A stretch of 64,000 nt of DNA from a virus. Below, piece by piece: positions 11,701 to 22,580 of the stretch. Made by a program: the position numbers and the translations under genes. The DNA lies in IMG/VR virus record IMGVR_UViG_3300046010_005562. One strand, written 5' to 3'. Numbering within the stretch: the first letter of the stretch is position 1; the number at the start of each line of letters is the position of its first letter. Under the pieces are notes generated by a model. That model had not been told where the DNA came from and searched no databases. It saw nothing but the letters and a program-made list of their open reading frames with translations.

Positions 11701-14700
11701 TTTTCTCCACCATAAACATTCATGAAATCAATTATCTGTTGCTCAGTCATATTTGCTGGAACAACCCCAGTACTAGCAGTACTAGGAACAGCATATACAG
11801 ATTTATCTAAAGTTTTACTTTCAGCTTGAGATGATGATATTGTTTGATAATCTGCAAGATAGTTAACAGTATTAGATTGTAAATATAATGTGGTATTAGG
11901 ATTTACAATTAACAAATCAGGTAATTTTGTTGTACTAATCCAATTGTCCATATGAGGACTTAGTTCACAAACACCTTCTTTAGTAATAAACATAAATGGA
12001 TTTATATTTACAGTAGAAGTTGCATATGGTTGTCTAGCAACACTAACTTTTGTATAAGGTAAACTAACATAAGTTGTGTTATTGTTATTGTGTAATGCGT
12101 ATTGTTTTCCAGATAATGTTGTTGCATCCAATCTACTGAAACTTAGTAGAGAGTCCTTAACAAATAATGGGAAATTCTGAACATTAGTTCTAGCAAAAAG
12201 TCTCTTTTTAACCTGTGAGATAGAACATGCTAAATCTGAATTAGTAGTATCAGCTATATTATAACTACTAAAATCATCTGTCATAATACCATTTTTGAAT
12301 CTGTTATTTCCAAATTCATCACTGATTTGAATATTAGTAGCACTTTGCTCTAATAAATTTAGAGATGCATAATATTCTAGTCTGTTGATTCTATCTTCTA
12401 GAGTTGTTATATCTTCCATTCTCCATCTTTTATGATTAACATATTCTAGAGAAACACTAGAAGCTCCTCCAAATAGATTATCTGAAGGTAGATATGCAGT
12501 ATAAGGTTCCAATGTTAATTTACCAAGTAACATAGCTCCTTCAGGAACATTAGGTTCTTTTGGGTTTAAATCAGAAATACCTTGAATTAAAGATATATTT
12601 TTATCTTTACTGATAACAATAACATCTTTTCTTCCTAAGAAATATGAAGATTGTAGAGTGAATTTTGTTTCATCAATAGGAATTCCTATAGGATTAGATA
12701 TGTTAGAATCTATTATAAATTCAGAATTAGCATTTTTTCTTCTAGATCTAAAATCAATACAATCTCTTAAATTATATAAAGTTCCGCTGCTTTTTCCAAC
12801 ATATGATGGAAGATCTTCATATCTAACATCAGTATATGATCCTGCGGTAAAGAATCCATCACCACCAGTATGATCATAATATGATAATAATACTAAGATA
12901 TTTCCAACTGGAGGAGGAGATCCTGGAATTAATTTAATTGAAGCATGATCATAGAAATTATCTCCTTGACCATTACTAAATGTATAATATCTTGTTACAT
13001 CATATGTAGGATCAGGAATCATATCAGAAGTTGCAGTTCTAGGATCACCAAATTCATCGACCCCAGTATCAATTATTTTTAATATTTTGGTTACATCTGA
13101 AATATATAAAGATTGAGATGCTGTGTTAAATGAATTATTTGCAATATAAACTTGTGAATTTACAGTATCTACAAATACTTCTCCTGGTACAACTTGAGTA
13201 CCACTAATAGCAACAGATGTTAAATTTGCTGAATTTAATACTTTACTTTTTCTGATATAAGCAGTATTGTCAGCATTATTAATATAAACTTTAGCAAATA
13301 TATCAACATAAACATCAGAATATCCAGTTACTGTTATTGTTGCTAGAGCACCACTATAACCACCAGAAGCAGCTAATTTAATACCATTAGATGATATTCC
13401 TTGAAATACGAATATATCTCCGACTTTTAACCCATGTCCTGTTCCAGGATTACGAACCACACATATAAAGTTTTCATTAATTTTATCTACACTAAGCTCA
13501 ACTCCATCGCTTCCTCCTTGGAATTCCATAACTCCTGAACCTGAAACTGATAAAGTTACATTGATAGGTTGGTTAGTATATCTAATCCATGAATAATAAG
13601 ATGTTCCTGTTATAGAATCAGGAACAATATAATTATTTTCTAATCTATAGATTAGTTCTTGATTTCCTGCGTTTCTTAATATAGTATCACCTGATGGTAA
13701 TCCATCAACTTTACTTGTTGGATAGATTTGAGCTTTTATATTTTTACTAACATCATCAACATTATATAATGATTCAAAATCTTTTGTTCCAAATAAAATT
13801 GAAAATTGACAATTTGTTTCTGGAAGATATTTAAAGTTTCCGTTTGTTGATCCAAGTAAATAAGCTTTTCTACTAGATCCATCATATGATACTATTTGAG
13901 CTATATCTCCATTATTTTCACCAGATATTATTTTTACATAAGTTCCAACATATGCATTATTTACATCTGAAAAATAACTAGGGAAAGTTATAGTATTTGC
14001 TGAAGTATTGGCAGCAGAATCACTTAATACATTATTTTGTATTTCTGTAAGGAACATTTCATACACAAATGTATTTGCTTTGTTGTAATTTTCAGCAAAT
14101 ACAAATTGCATTCCTCTAACTTTAGCTGTCGCTGCAATAGTAGAAGAATATGTTTGGGATGTTGTGTTATTGGTATTAGCAACTGGAGTGCAATGAATAT
14201 CTACAGAAGTATAAGATTTAAAATCAAAAAATCCTGTTACATTATTACAATATACATGATTTCCATAATTTAAATAGATAGATTTATTTGCTACAGAAGC
14301 AGTATCTCTAGCTCTGTTAACTACTAAATTATAATCTCCAGTGTTTTCAACAGAATATCCTCTAATATAAGCTTTACCTTTCCCTACAGTAACAATAAAT
14401 GTACTGTCTGCATTTGCTGTATCTGGATTTGCTTTAGGAGTTAATTTAAATTTATTAGATACATAATCACCATTAGTATCAAAAGATCTTTTAGCAAAGT
14501 AATCATCAATAACTGAATATTGAGTATCTACAACATTTTTAGCAAGAACTCCATTTTCAATTCTAATTAGTTCTATGAAATTAGAATCTTGATCTAATGT
14601 TAAAGGTTTTGTTGTTAGTACTAAATTAATAGCATATCTATCAGCACCAGGAGCTTGGAAATTTGATGAACCAAGAGCAGGATCTAGTAATGTAGGATCA

Positions 14701-15356
14701 TCTGATGAATTTACAATACTTTCAACTATAGATATACCTATTCTTGCTGAAGGTGTGTTTGAATATTCATTTATATTTACTGTTTGTTGTTGTATTGATG
14801 CAAAAATTCCATTAATATAGAAAACACCATCAGTTATAGATGCAATAGAAGATGGTCCAACTGCTGGTTGATATATAGAACCTTCAGAAATTACTGTTGC
14901 TGTTAACTCTGATCCTGATACAACAATAGAACTTCCACTAGTAAAATTATCTCCAGACATATATGACACTATTAATGTCGGTGGCTCTAATAGATTTCCT
15001 AAATTATCTATTTGTTTTTCTGAAGTATTTAATACTTTTGCTACAACAGAACCATCTGAACTATTAATGATAGCATTTAAAAAATCTTTTGCTATTATTT
15101 CAAATCCATTAGGATCTAAATCGTTCAATTTAATATAATTAACATTTATATTAACTGTGCATTTTGCGCCAGAAACCACAGAATGGTTTTTAAAAATATG
15201 ATCACCTAATTTTGTGACTTGACTTTGTGCTATAGTTTGTAGTTGAGTCAATTCTCTAGCTTGGACAGCATATCCTGGCTTAAACAAAACTCTATAGAAA
15301 TTTTTGTTGGTATTGAAATCATCCCAATAAGGAGAATTTGAAAAATTTAGCGACAT
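8769..15356 (-). CDS. Very large virion protein with DUF4815-like N-terminus (baseplate / fibre connector)
   Basis: N-term MSLNFSNSPYWDDFNTNKNFYRVLFKPGYAVQARELTQLQTIAQSQVTKLGDHIFKNHSVVSGA is typical of this family; 2195 aa. Confidence 0.75.
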   Translation of the reverse strand: MSLNFSNSPYWDDFNTNKNFYRVLFKPGYAVQARELTQLQTIAQSQVTKLGDHIFKNHSVVSGAKCTVNINVNYIKLNDLDPNGFEIIAKDFLNAIINSSDGSVVAKVLNTSEKQIDNLGNLLEPPTLIVSYMSGDNFTSGSSIVVSGSELTATVISEGSIYQPAVGPSSIASITDGVFYINGIFASIQQQTVNINEYSNTPSARIGISIVESIVNSSDDPTLLDPALGSSNFQAPGADRYAINLVLTTKPLTLDQDSNFIELIRIENGVLAKNVVDTQYSVIDDYFAKRSFDTNGDYVSNKFKLTPKANPDTANADSTFIVTVGKGKAYIRGYSVENTGDYNLVVNRARDTASVANKSIYLNYGNHVYCNNVTGFFDFKSYTSVDIHCTPVANTNNTTSQTYSSTIAATAKVRGMQFVFAENYNKANTFVYEMFLTEIQNNVLSDSAANTSANTITFPSYFSDVNNAYVGTYVKIISGENNGDIAQIVSYDGSSRKAYLLGSTNGNFKYLPETNCQFSILFGTKDFESLYNVDDVSKNIKAQIYPTSKVDGLPSGDTILRNAGNQELIYRLENNYIVPDSITGTSYYSWIRYTNQPINVTLSVSGSGVMEFQGGSDGVELSVDKINENFICVVRNPGTGHGLKVGDIFVFQGISSNGIKLAASGGYSGALATITVTGYSDVYVDIFAKVYINNADNTAYIRKSKVLNSANLTSVAISGTQVVPGEVFVDTVNSQVYIANNSFNTASQSLYISDVTKILKIIDTGVDEFGDPRTATSDMIPDPTYDVTRYYTFSNGQGDNFYDHASIKLIPGSPPPVGNILVLLSYYDHTGGDGFFTAGSYTDVRYEDLPSYVGKSSGTLYNLRDCIDFRSRRKNANSEFIIDSNISNPIGIPIDETKFTLQSSYFLGRKDVIVISKDKNISLIQGISDLNPKEPNVPEGAMLLGKLTLEPYTAYLPSDNLFGGASSVSLEYVNHKRWRMEDITTLEDRINRLEYYASLNLLEQSATNIQISDEFGNNRFKNGIMTDDFSSYNIADTTNSDLACSISQVKKRLFARTNVQNFPLFVKDSLLSFSRLDATTLSGKQYALHNNNNTTYVSLPYTKVSVARQPYATSTVNINPFMFITKEGVCELSPHMDNWISTTKLPDLLIVNPNTTLYLQSNTVNYLADYQTISSSQAESKTLDKSVYAVPSTASTGVVPANMTEQQIIDFMNVYGGEKYYTVNGKDVELSVAKTAPLNSPLSAAYLSTLRSAINVFIYRKYAVTGQWSGIGINDLTKVTTTTTSTTSKTDVWGMWESLGNSYQTTNGYITDVSMNPYIRAQQIEISTSGLLVNTPVSAFFDNTDVTTRFKQSNVLRVWSNPVTARGFKVGDIIAYYNSATTSFVPFAKVLNLSTKTSVSNSSIITGTRLYQQNLDLVWDIDATVYVKDKLLNYDIFAISFNTSGAVTGLSATGVFISIDKKSGKFLGQTSNTIIIPNVGANTSNIIGKILYQITDSYEIKFPIVNAYESGNTIIITTNVNLMANTLQNTVYDIKSNNLSGMLKTDEYGKLSGVFYLPADQFHTGEKLFRIDNRIAKNIGTETTFAQGTFFATSLSTKSQNLDFAPDISSARNTLTRTEIATKQVITQTVSGTVTTVNYHDPLCQSFILYSDVTPNGVFVKSLRFFFKTVPQYDTSPVTVSILGTTNGYPNGDTLPYAIKTLSVDEIKYTDAPNIDDALSYTEFEFDVPVYIKPDTMYAVMVKSNSNEYTLWKAVLGETAISSTTPGLQNIRISSSPYIGSLYESQNAITWTANQNEDLMFDMIGCQFDITKNPTIDFIVPAGLPKRKLVDNSLVYSSNLTSAIDSSYSGMTAENVLVSSFNVTTTDLSFDVAPISYTYKATKESTGALDSVPTLITPGRFGTATLNDVDLGDGNGNRILLSSAANSFILSASISSSDKYLSPIISEAGTSLYATQYIINNLEFTSSNITIANSGIGYSNSSIISVRRTSNTSGSDTLLSLEADANGKIYKINTIFVGTGYASTPEIVITDANRGGNANAVLTVTGETSSIGGNAALRYISKPVTLHPGFDAGDLRIYFTAYRPINTDVFIYYKILNRNDTQLLVDSDWQLMTLISGRTTYSSSKNELIEYIAAPGIDGIPNNTVTYTSKATNNSYIYFYQFAIKVVLVSNDSTIIPFLTDIRTIALPPMIPTAV

Positions 15357-15366
15357 ATTTTTTACC

Positions 15367-17019
15367 TTAATATTTTATTATCAAATTGAATTGTTCTGTA
15401 TCTGATGGATTTCTTATTGCTGTTGGGATATTTTCTATATAAGTTATATACCCAGTATATGGAGAAATAGTTGGACTAGTAAAACCAGACACAATAGAAT
15501 ATCCTCCTGAACTCAAACCACGAACAGCATAATTAGGAGTTGCAGTTCCTTGAGTATTAACAACATATAATACATTATTAATAGCATCATATGATAAACA
15601 CTCAGCTTTAAATATATAATTATTTATACTTTCTCCTTGTATCAATATTTCTCCTTGAGTAAATGGTGAGATAGTAGCTGATACTGATAATATAGTAGAA
15701 GTTAAGAATATAGTAGAATTAGCATGATTATCTGGATCTTTTTTAGCATAAGGATTAATTAACAATCCTATTTGATTATAATAAACATCAGTTGGAATTG
15801 TACCACCCTCACTTCCAAAGAATTGAGCAGATACCATTATAGAATTACATCCAAATTCTGCTATAGGATCGAACCCATGACCTCCTATTGGAGAAGGATA
15901 AAGTTCTAAAATAGCTCCAGATCCACCTTGACCAAAACTTGGTACTATAACAGCATTTGCTGTAGTGTAATTAGATCCTGCATTTGTTATAATAACATCA
16001 TATACTGAACCACCAACAACATAAGCAACAGCATTAGCTCCTTGACCATCGCCTGTTATATTAACTGTAGTTGTAGTTGTTCCATCAGAATATGCATTTC
16101 CTCCATAAGAAACTCCTATTATATCTAAAGAACCAGCCCCTGATTCTGTTATATATGAATTTGGAGGTGTGTCTACTGATATAGGAACAGGAATATAATC
16201 CTTAGTATAAAATCTTTCTTTTTGTCCTTTATCCACAGTATAGATATATTTCCATTTATAACCATCTGCTGTATAAAGAGTAACAGAATTATCAAAAGTA
16301 CCAACATCTAATTGAGGTTCTTCAGTAGATAATGAAGCATAATATATAATTCCGTTTGAAGTATAATTTGAATTTGCAGAAACTGAATATGAAGTATTTA
16401 ACGCATACGATACATTTGCAATACCATAACTACCATCAACTACAACATAAGTTCCATTGTATTCAGAAGGATTAACATTATCTAAAGTTATATAATCTCC
16501 AATTTGAAATACATCAGGTCCAGAGTGATATATAGAAACTACATTATTTGATTTTGAAATTGAACTTACATCATAATGTTCATCTGAATTTTTAGCATTC
16601 CATAAACATTTAAACACTTGATCGTATTTATTAATAATATAGAAATTTTTTATTAATTTTCCATCAGAGTCTCTATGAAACATAAACTCATTATCTTTAT
16701 AGATATCATAATAAGTATCTGTTTTCCAATTTATTCTTTGAATTACTGGAGAAATATCACTATCTAATATTCTTTTAACTGCAAATATATTTTTATGATA
16801 TTCTTTTATTGATTTTGCAGTTTCAACAGGAGTTGTTGTTGTGTTTCCTGATATATCAAATTCTGCTATAGAACTATCATATGATAAGAAACAATATAAA
16901 TTAGATATTATATTTCTTGTATCTGCATAATAAGATATAGGAGCATAGTAAAATTTTTCTATTTCATGTACAGAAGAACTAGATGTTAAAATTCCTATGT
17001 TATTGGATGTTTGTGTCAT
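15367..17019 (-). CDS. Baseplate wedge-associated structural protein
   Basis: Position in the baseplate operon between gp6-like and fibre genes; Gly-rich beta-repeat segments shared with the neighbouring ORF. Confidence 0.5.
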   Translation of the reverse strand: MTQTSNNIGILTSSSSVHEIEKFYYAPISYYADTRNIISNLYCFLSYDSSIAEFDISGNTTTTPVETAKSIKEYHKNIFAVKRILDSDISPVIQRINWKTDTYYDIYKDNEFMFHRDSDGKLIKNFYIINKYDQVFKCLWNAKNSDEHYDVSSISKSNNVVSIYHSGPDVFQIGDYITLDNVNPSEYNGTYVVVDGSYGIANVSYALNTSYSVSANSNYTSNGIIYYASLSTEEPQLDVGTFDNSVTLYTADGYKWKYIYTVDKGQKERFYTKDYIPVPISVDTPPNSYITESGAGSLDIIGVSYGGNAYSDGTTTTTVNITGDGQGANAVAYVVGGSVYDVIITNAGSNYTTANAVIVPSFGQGGSGAILELYPSPIGGHGFDPIAEFGCNSIMVSAQFFGSEGGTIPTDVYYNQIGLLINPYAKKDPDNHANSTIFLTSTILSVSATISPFTQGEILIQGESINNYIFKAECLSYDAINNVLYVVNTQGTATPNYAVRGLSSGGYSIVSGFTSPTISPYTGYITYIENIPTAIRNPSDTEQFNLIIKY

Positions 17020-17027
17020 AATTTTAT

Positions 17028-20000
17028 TTAAAACTCTATGTAAATTTCGTCTGAATTAAAGTTTCTTGTAATATTTATTTCAACTGGACTAGTCTCATCA
17101 CCATCAGAATTAACAGTTCCTGAAGCAAAATATATAACGTTGTTTGAATAATCTACTTCAGTAACAACTAAATCTGTATTGTTTGAAGTATTAATTAGAT
17201 CTCCAACAAAAACCATGTCTCTTAGTTTTTCTGAAGAACTATATTTTCCATTATTTATCAAATTAAATTTATTGTTTATGTCTGTTAGAATAATGCTATC
17301 GTTATATGAATATCCATTAGCAACTCCATCAAATTTAATAATATTATAAGATTCTAACTCTATGCTGGTATTTACCACTTTAGTTATTGTTGAATAGAAA
17401 ATTTCTCTATTGTTATATGAAGTAATACCTTTCATATATGGATAATAACTATCCAGATAAATAGGGAATGTATAATATTTATCATTATTTGTAGATTTAT
17501 CACAATATATTTGAGCACCTTTGGAAGTATCTATAGTTCCATGATAATCTTTTAACACAATCTCATATAAATTTTCAGATACTAAACCATAATCATACAA
17601 ACTTCCATAGAATGTTGGTGATGTAGAACTTCCTTGATATATTGTATTACCTATTGGTGGGAATTCTGGAATTAACATACTATTAACTAAAATGTTCATC
17701 TGAGAAACACTCTGAGAATTATTAATAATAGTTAATTTAACTTCATCAACATCAGGATCAATATATGAAGCTAATGTGTTTGCAGACACTCCATACAATT
17801 GAATGATATTACTTCCTATACTATCAGAAAGAACCATCACACCATTTGCATTTGATCCAAATAAAGTTTTTATATTTTGTTTTTTTGTATATACAAAAGG
17901 ATTGTATTCATTATTAAATTTATCATTATTTAAAATAATATTTTTTCCAATTACCTTAACCCCAGCAGGATTTAAAACATTATATAAAATTTCTTTATAT
18001 TTGTTGAATTCAATGTTAACATCTAAAAAGTATGTAAAATTATTATATACTTCACTTTCTAATTTGCAATATGCACTTAAATGTCCATCAGCATTTAAAT
18101 ATTTTCCATCATATGCAGTTGTTCCTGTTAATAATTTTGCATTAGCTCTAGCAGAACCATTTCCATAATAAATAATACCATTATTATATCTACCAAATAT
18201 ATAATCAGTTAATATTGTATATGAAAAGTATTGATCATTAATAGTATCTTTATCAATATATAAAGGTTCATTTTTTATAACTCCAGAATAATCATATACT
18301 CTTAAAACAAATTTATTTTCTGGTGCTGATATAGGATTTACGGAATATAAAATTGCTTTATATGTTGATGAATTTGCAGTTCCCTGATATATTTTTGATC
18401 CTTGTGATGGTATTTCTAATAATGAAACGTTAGCAACTGCAATATCCATTATTCTTAAAGATACTGCTGGGGTTGTTATATAATCTTCACCAGGTTCAAT
18501 AATTTTTATTGATTTTACTTGACCTATAGAATCTGTTGCTGCTGTTGCTATTTCACCATCACCGAGAACATGATTAACTCTTAATTCAGCATCACTTCCG
18601 GTTAAAGATTTTACTGATAATGTTGGAAGAACATTATAACCTAATCCACCTATAGGATAAATTTGTCCATTATTAGTATAATTAGAAACATAATCTACAG
18701 ATACTATACCACCAGATCCATCTACAGAAGTTACATTAGCAAATGCTCCTGCTCCTGTTCCTCCAGAAAAGATTATAGTATCATTTACCGAATAGTTACT
18801 TCCGTTTGATACAACAGATATTGGTCCTAATATTTTTAATGCTGCTAAATTTGCTTTAGTTTGAATATCAGTTGCATAGTTAGAAACTACATTAATATCA
18901 GGTATTCTAACATATCTACTACCTTTATTAACAACTGATATTGCTTTTAATGGGTATGTGGTAAATGTTGGGGTTGTTAATGCATTTATTAATCTGGTAT
19001 TTGCATTAGCAACCATATTATTAGAAAATCCATAAGCAGAATCATTCAAATGAATATTTCTGTACTTATATACGGTGTCCATAGAAACGCCTGTTGTCAA
19101 GAAAGGATCAGTATAATCAACACCGATAACTTGAGCAGATGCTCCAAATCCACCACCACCTCCAGTAATTTCAACATCACTATATGGATGTAATCTAAAT
19201 CCTTGTGATCCATCTAATACTAATATATTACCAAGTCCACCTTCAGCAACAGATTCAACTTCAGCTAAAGCTCCAATAGGATTTTCTACATCTGGATTTA
19301 GTCCATTATGAATAATAACAGGATCACCAGGTAAATAATTCAATCCTGTGAAATTTGGGTTTACTAAAATTGTTTTAACTGAACCAGAAATTTTAGCTCT
19401 TAAATTACTACCATCGATTATAACATCTTGAAAATTAGAATCAACTATTCTTATGAATTCTCCAGAGGTAAAATCTCTGTTTATATCACTTAAAAATATT
19501 TCTATTTTTGTTCCAGTTATTTTAGATTTTTCTATTCTACCTACAGCTTTAGAAATTTCACCTATTATTAAATAATTTCTTACTTTTAAAAACCTACTAT
19601 CAATAGTTTTTATCTGTACTGTTTTACTTGTAGCCCATTTACCATCAGAGGCTTTTAATATATAATCTTTAGCTTCAAAAACTTCACAGTCTGAATTATA
19701 TAAAGCCCTAAATAAAAATTTAAAAGAGGCTGGAGTAGATTTTCTTTGATATAACTCTTTTGAGAATTTTACAAGTTTTCTTTTATCTACTAAAGTTTCT
19801 TCAGGAAAATATTGAAGGAATTGATTAAAGAAATATTTTTCAAATTCTTCTATAGTTTCATCAATATCCATATAATATTGAAGATTGTTTATTTTATCTT
19901 CAACATTATCTTTTTCAGATAACCATTCGTAATATGCTTGTAGGAAATTTATAAAATTTACATACGAGTCTTCATCTTTAATATACTGAGGTATATTATT

Positions 20001-20039
20001 TAAAATATTTAAATAGGTTTTGTGATTATTTGGTATCAT
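17028..20039 (-). CDS. Large baseplate-associated structural protein
   Basis: N-term NYLNILNNIPQYIKDEDSYVNFINFLQAYYEWLSE; repeated GxGYxxxPxVxxxxxxGxGAxAxAxV segments; operon position. Confidence 0.55.
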   Translation of the reverse strand: MIPNNHKTYLNILNNIPQYIKDEDSYVNFINFLQAYYEWLSEKDNVEDKINNLQYYMDIDETIEEFEKYFFNQFLQYFPEETLVDKRKLVKFSKELYQRKSTPASFKFLFRALYNSDCEVFEAKDYILKASDGKWATSKTVQIKTIDSRFLKVRNYLIIGEISKAVGRIEKSKITGTKIEIFLSDINRDFTSGEFIRIVDSNFQDVIIDGSNLRAKISGSVKTILVNPNFTGLNYLPGDPVIIHNGLNPDVENPIGALAEVESVAEGGLGNILVLDGSQGFRLHPYSDVEITGGGGGFGASAQVIGVDYTDPFLTTGVSMDTVYKYRNIHLNDSAYGFSNNMVANANTRLINALTTPTFTTYPLKAISVVNKGSRYVRIPDINVVSNYATDIQTKANLAALKILGPISVVSNGSNYSVNDTIIFSGGTGAGAFANVTSVDGSGGIVSVDYVSNYTNNGQIYPIGGLGYNVLPTLSVKSLTGSDAELRVNHVLGDGEIATAATDSIGQVKSIKIIEPGEDYITTPAVSLRIMDIAVANVSLLEIPSQGSKIYQGTANSSTYKAILYSVNPISAPENKFVLRVYDYSGVIKNEPLYIDKDTINDQYFSYTILTDYIFGRYNNGIIYYGNGSARANAKLLTGTTAYDGKYLNADGHLSAYCKLESEVYNNFTYFLDVNIEFNKYKEILYNVLNPAGVKVIGKNIILNNDKFNNEYNPFVYTKKQNIKTLFGSNANGVMVLSDSIGSNIIQLYGVSANTLASYIDPDVDEVKLTIINNSQSVSQMNILVNSMLIPEFPPIGNTIYQGSSTSPTFYGSLYDYGLVSENLYEIVLKDYHGTIDTSKGAQIYCDKSTNNDKYYTFPIYLDSYYPYMKGITSYNNREIFYSTITKVVNTSIELESYNIIKFDGVANGYSYNDSIILTDINNKFNLINNGKYSSSEKLRDMVFVGDLINTSNNTDLVVTEVDYSNNVIYFASGTVNSDGDETSPVEINITRNFNSDEIYIEF

Positions 20040-22096
20040 TGTTGTGATAATGTAACTTTTACTGCTGTATAATCGTATGGATCTATTGTAATAATTCTAT
20101 TATTAATAGATTTTATTAGTGTAGTATCAGGAACAACATTTATACTTAATATTGATAATGAATTATTAATTTCTTCTGGATTAAATGAATTTAATGTTAT
20201 TATGCCATTTAAATAATCAACAACACCAAAGTTAGAATCTAAAATTATTTTATTTCCATCTAAATAATAAAAACTTCTTAACAATCCAATTTGAGAATCT
20301 ATAGTAGGAAGAGCGTATGCATTAAGCCCACCACCTCCAGATATTTGAACTGCTGCTTGAGTATATCCTGATCCTTTATTTGTTACATTTATTTTTGATA
20401 TCTGTCCATTTAATATTTCAGCTACTGCGGTTGCTCCACTACCATCTCCAACTATAGTAACAGTAGGAACTGAAGTATAGTTAAATCCTTGAGACATTAC
20501 CTGAATGCTAATTATAGAAGATCCTGATGATGGTGTTTCTTCAACAAAAACTTCATTTCTTAAAACTGAATTGAAATTATCAATAACTTTAAATGTTGGA
20601 CTAACAGATACTGATTTTCTTAAAACATCTCTCTTAATAGCAACTCCAAAATCTATAGTATATTTATTTGATGTTCCTAATGCTGGTATAATTCTTTTTT
20701 CTAAAACAACATCAATTTCATTTGCAATTATAGAATCATCAATATTATTAATCCTTTCAGATAATTCAGAAATAGCTAATGTTGAATAAAAAGTATTTAA
20801 TGTGTTAGAAGAAAAATCACTTACTGTTGACTTAATAAAATCTTGTAATTGATTTAAACTAGTTAATGTTTTATTTTTATTATATATAGCACTAATGTCT
20901 AATCTAACGTAAGTATATTCAGGATCTACTATTATTGGTTCTATAGTAACAACACTAATTGGTTTTATTATATTTTCTTTTATATAATTTTTTTGAGATA
21001 TTGTTAATGAATATCCACCTTTTGGTTTTAGTGATATGAATATCTTTCCATATATAGGAGGAACATTAGATTCTCCAGACCAAACATTAACAGAATCTAT
21101 AGGAAATTGTTGTGAGTTTTTTGTTATTAGTGCTATATAATCATTTAAAGTAACAGCTCTTTCTTGTGCTGAATATACTTTAGGAGCAAGCCATTTAATA
21201 GAATCAATAGACTGTTTAACAGAACCAGATCTTGAAGATTCTACAATATCAATATTATATGAACTATAGTCTCCTAGATCATCAACTAAAGCAAAGGAAG
21301 ATATATCAACAGATATATTTTCTGAAGATGATATGTATGTTATATAAACTATATTTCCATCATTTAACTTCTTTCCTAAATAGCCATCTCCAAAATAAAT
21401 TTCATAATATCCATCCAAAGATTCTTGAATAAAATACACCAATGAATTGCTATCTAAAGCTAATAAATCTTTTGGTGGAGAGTATACCTCCAACCTAACA
21501 TCTGTTGTGGAATTTTGCACTAATACTTTTATAGTGCTAGTATCTACTGTAGGATCTGGAATTTTAAATATAGATTTTGGATTATTAGTGCTACTATATA
21601 AAAATTGATGTGCTATAGGAACACCTTGAATGATAATAACATCATTAGCAGTAGCAGACTTTGTTGAATTATTTGATTTTACAGTTATTTCTTCATTTGT
21701 TATAAAGTTATAAGTTTGTCCATTAACAACACTACTCATAAACTTAGTATATTTTGGAATAGTTATAAAATCTGTTTTAACATTATTAAATACTAAATTA
21801 ATTTTAGCTGAAGATGGTATATAAGATTGTGGAGTATATCCTAATAACTTAGCATGTGATATTACTGAAGTTCTTTTAGTTGAAGTATCCAAAAACATTT
21901 CATTAGCCATCATATTTAAATAATATGCTTGATAATGAGTGTTATATGCTAAAATATCTAACAAAGTAGATAAAACACTTCCTTCGTAATTAGCATCTTT
22001 TAATACATCTTGACTTTTTAAAAAAAGTTTTAAATTATTTTTAATATCATCAAAATCTAATCCTGTCAATTGAATGTTTGAGTTTGCTCCACTCAT
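20036..22096 (-). CDS. gp6: Baseplate wedge protein gp6-like (J-type)
   Basis: N-term LTGLDFDDIKNNLKLFLKSQDVLKDANYEGSVLSTLLDILAYNTHYQAYYLNMMANEMFLDTSTKRTSVISHAKLLGYTP, hallmark gp6/J motif. Confidence 0.85.
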   Translation of the reverse strand: MSGANSNIQLTGLDFDDIKNNLKLFLKSQDVLKDANYEGSVLSTLLDILAYNTHYQAYYLNMMANEMFLDTSTKRTSVISHAKLLGYTPQSYIPSSAKINLVFNNVKTDFITIPKYTKFMSSVVNGQTYNFITNEEITVKSNNSTKSATANDVIIIQGVPIAHQFLYSSTNNPKSIFKIPDPTVDTSTIKVLVQNSTTDVRLEVYSPPKDLLALDSNSLVYFIQESLDGYYEIYFGDGYLGKKLNDGNIVYITYISSSENISVDISSFALVDDLGDYSSYNIDIVESSRSGSVKQSIDSIKWLAPKVYSAQERAVTLNDYIALITKNSQQFPIDSVNVWSGESNVPPIYGKIFISLKPKGGYSLTISQKNYIKENIIKPISVVTIEPIIVDPEYTYVRLDISAIYNKNKTLTSLNQLQDFIKSTVSDFSSNTLNTFYSTLAISELSERINNIDDSIIANEIDVVLEKRIIPALGTSNKYTIDFGVAIKRDVLRKSVSVSPTFKVIDNFNSVLRNEVFVEETPSSGSSIISIQVMSQGFNYTSVPTVTIVGDGSGATAVAEILNGQISKINVTNKGSGYTQAAVQISGGGGLNAYALPTIDSQIGLLRSFYYLDGNKIILDSNFGVVDYLNGIITLNSFNPEEINNSLSILSINVVPDTTLIKSINNRIITIDPYDYTAVKVTLSQQ

Positions 22097-22139
22097 AGGG
22101 TTTCCTCTTTATACCTTTGGTTTAGTATATGCATGTCTA

Positions 22140-22550
22140 TTATCTTAATTTTTCTAAAAATACTGTTATTGATACAGGAGTAGTTTGACCAACTATATAA
22201 TACTCTATTTGTATGTCATATATATGGTTATCATAATCAGGTTTAACTATTATTCCAGATAAAGTTATTCTTGGTTCATATTTAGTTAATACGCTATTAA
22301 TTTCCGCTTCAATAATACTAGCGGTAGCTACTGTCATTTGTTCAAATAATAAAGAATATATACTAGATCCTATATTAGAATGAAAAGGTTTTTCATAATG
22401 TCTGGTTAATATAAGATTTTTTACTGATTGTTTTATAGCATCATCATTATAGTTTATATCTAAATTTTTACTAGATTTAAGGATATTAAAATTAAGATCC
22501 AAATCCGAAAAAGCTATTCTATTTTGTTGTTGTGTATATACTGTTTTCAT
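22140..22550 (-). CDS. gp25: Baseplate wedge protein gp25-like
   Basis: IKQSVKNLILTRHYEKPFHSNIGSSIYSLLFE ... EAEINSVLTKYEPRI pattern. Confidence 0.85.
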   Translation of the reverse strand: MKTVYTQQQNRIAFSDLDLNFNILKSSKNLDINYNDDAIKQSVKNLILTRHYEKPFHSNIGSSIYSLLFEQMTVATASIIEAEINSVLTKYEPRITLSGIIVKPDYDNHIYDIQIEYYIVGQTTPVSITVFLEKLR

Positions 22551-22580
22551 GTTACTATTTATGGTTTTTATTAATGCCTA

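Noticed and set aside
9085-21432. Plus-strand ORFs inside baseplate genes (9085, 9580, 12658, 17803, 20505, 21232 and others)
   Set aside because: Antisense to long conserved structural genes, no RBS or family resemblance.
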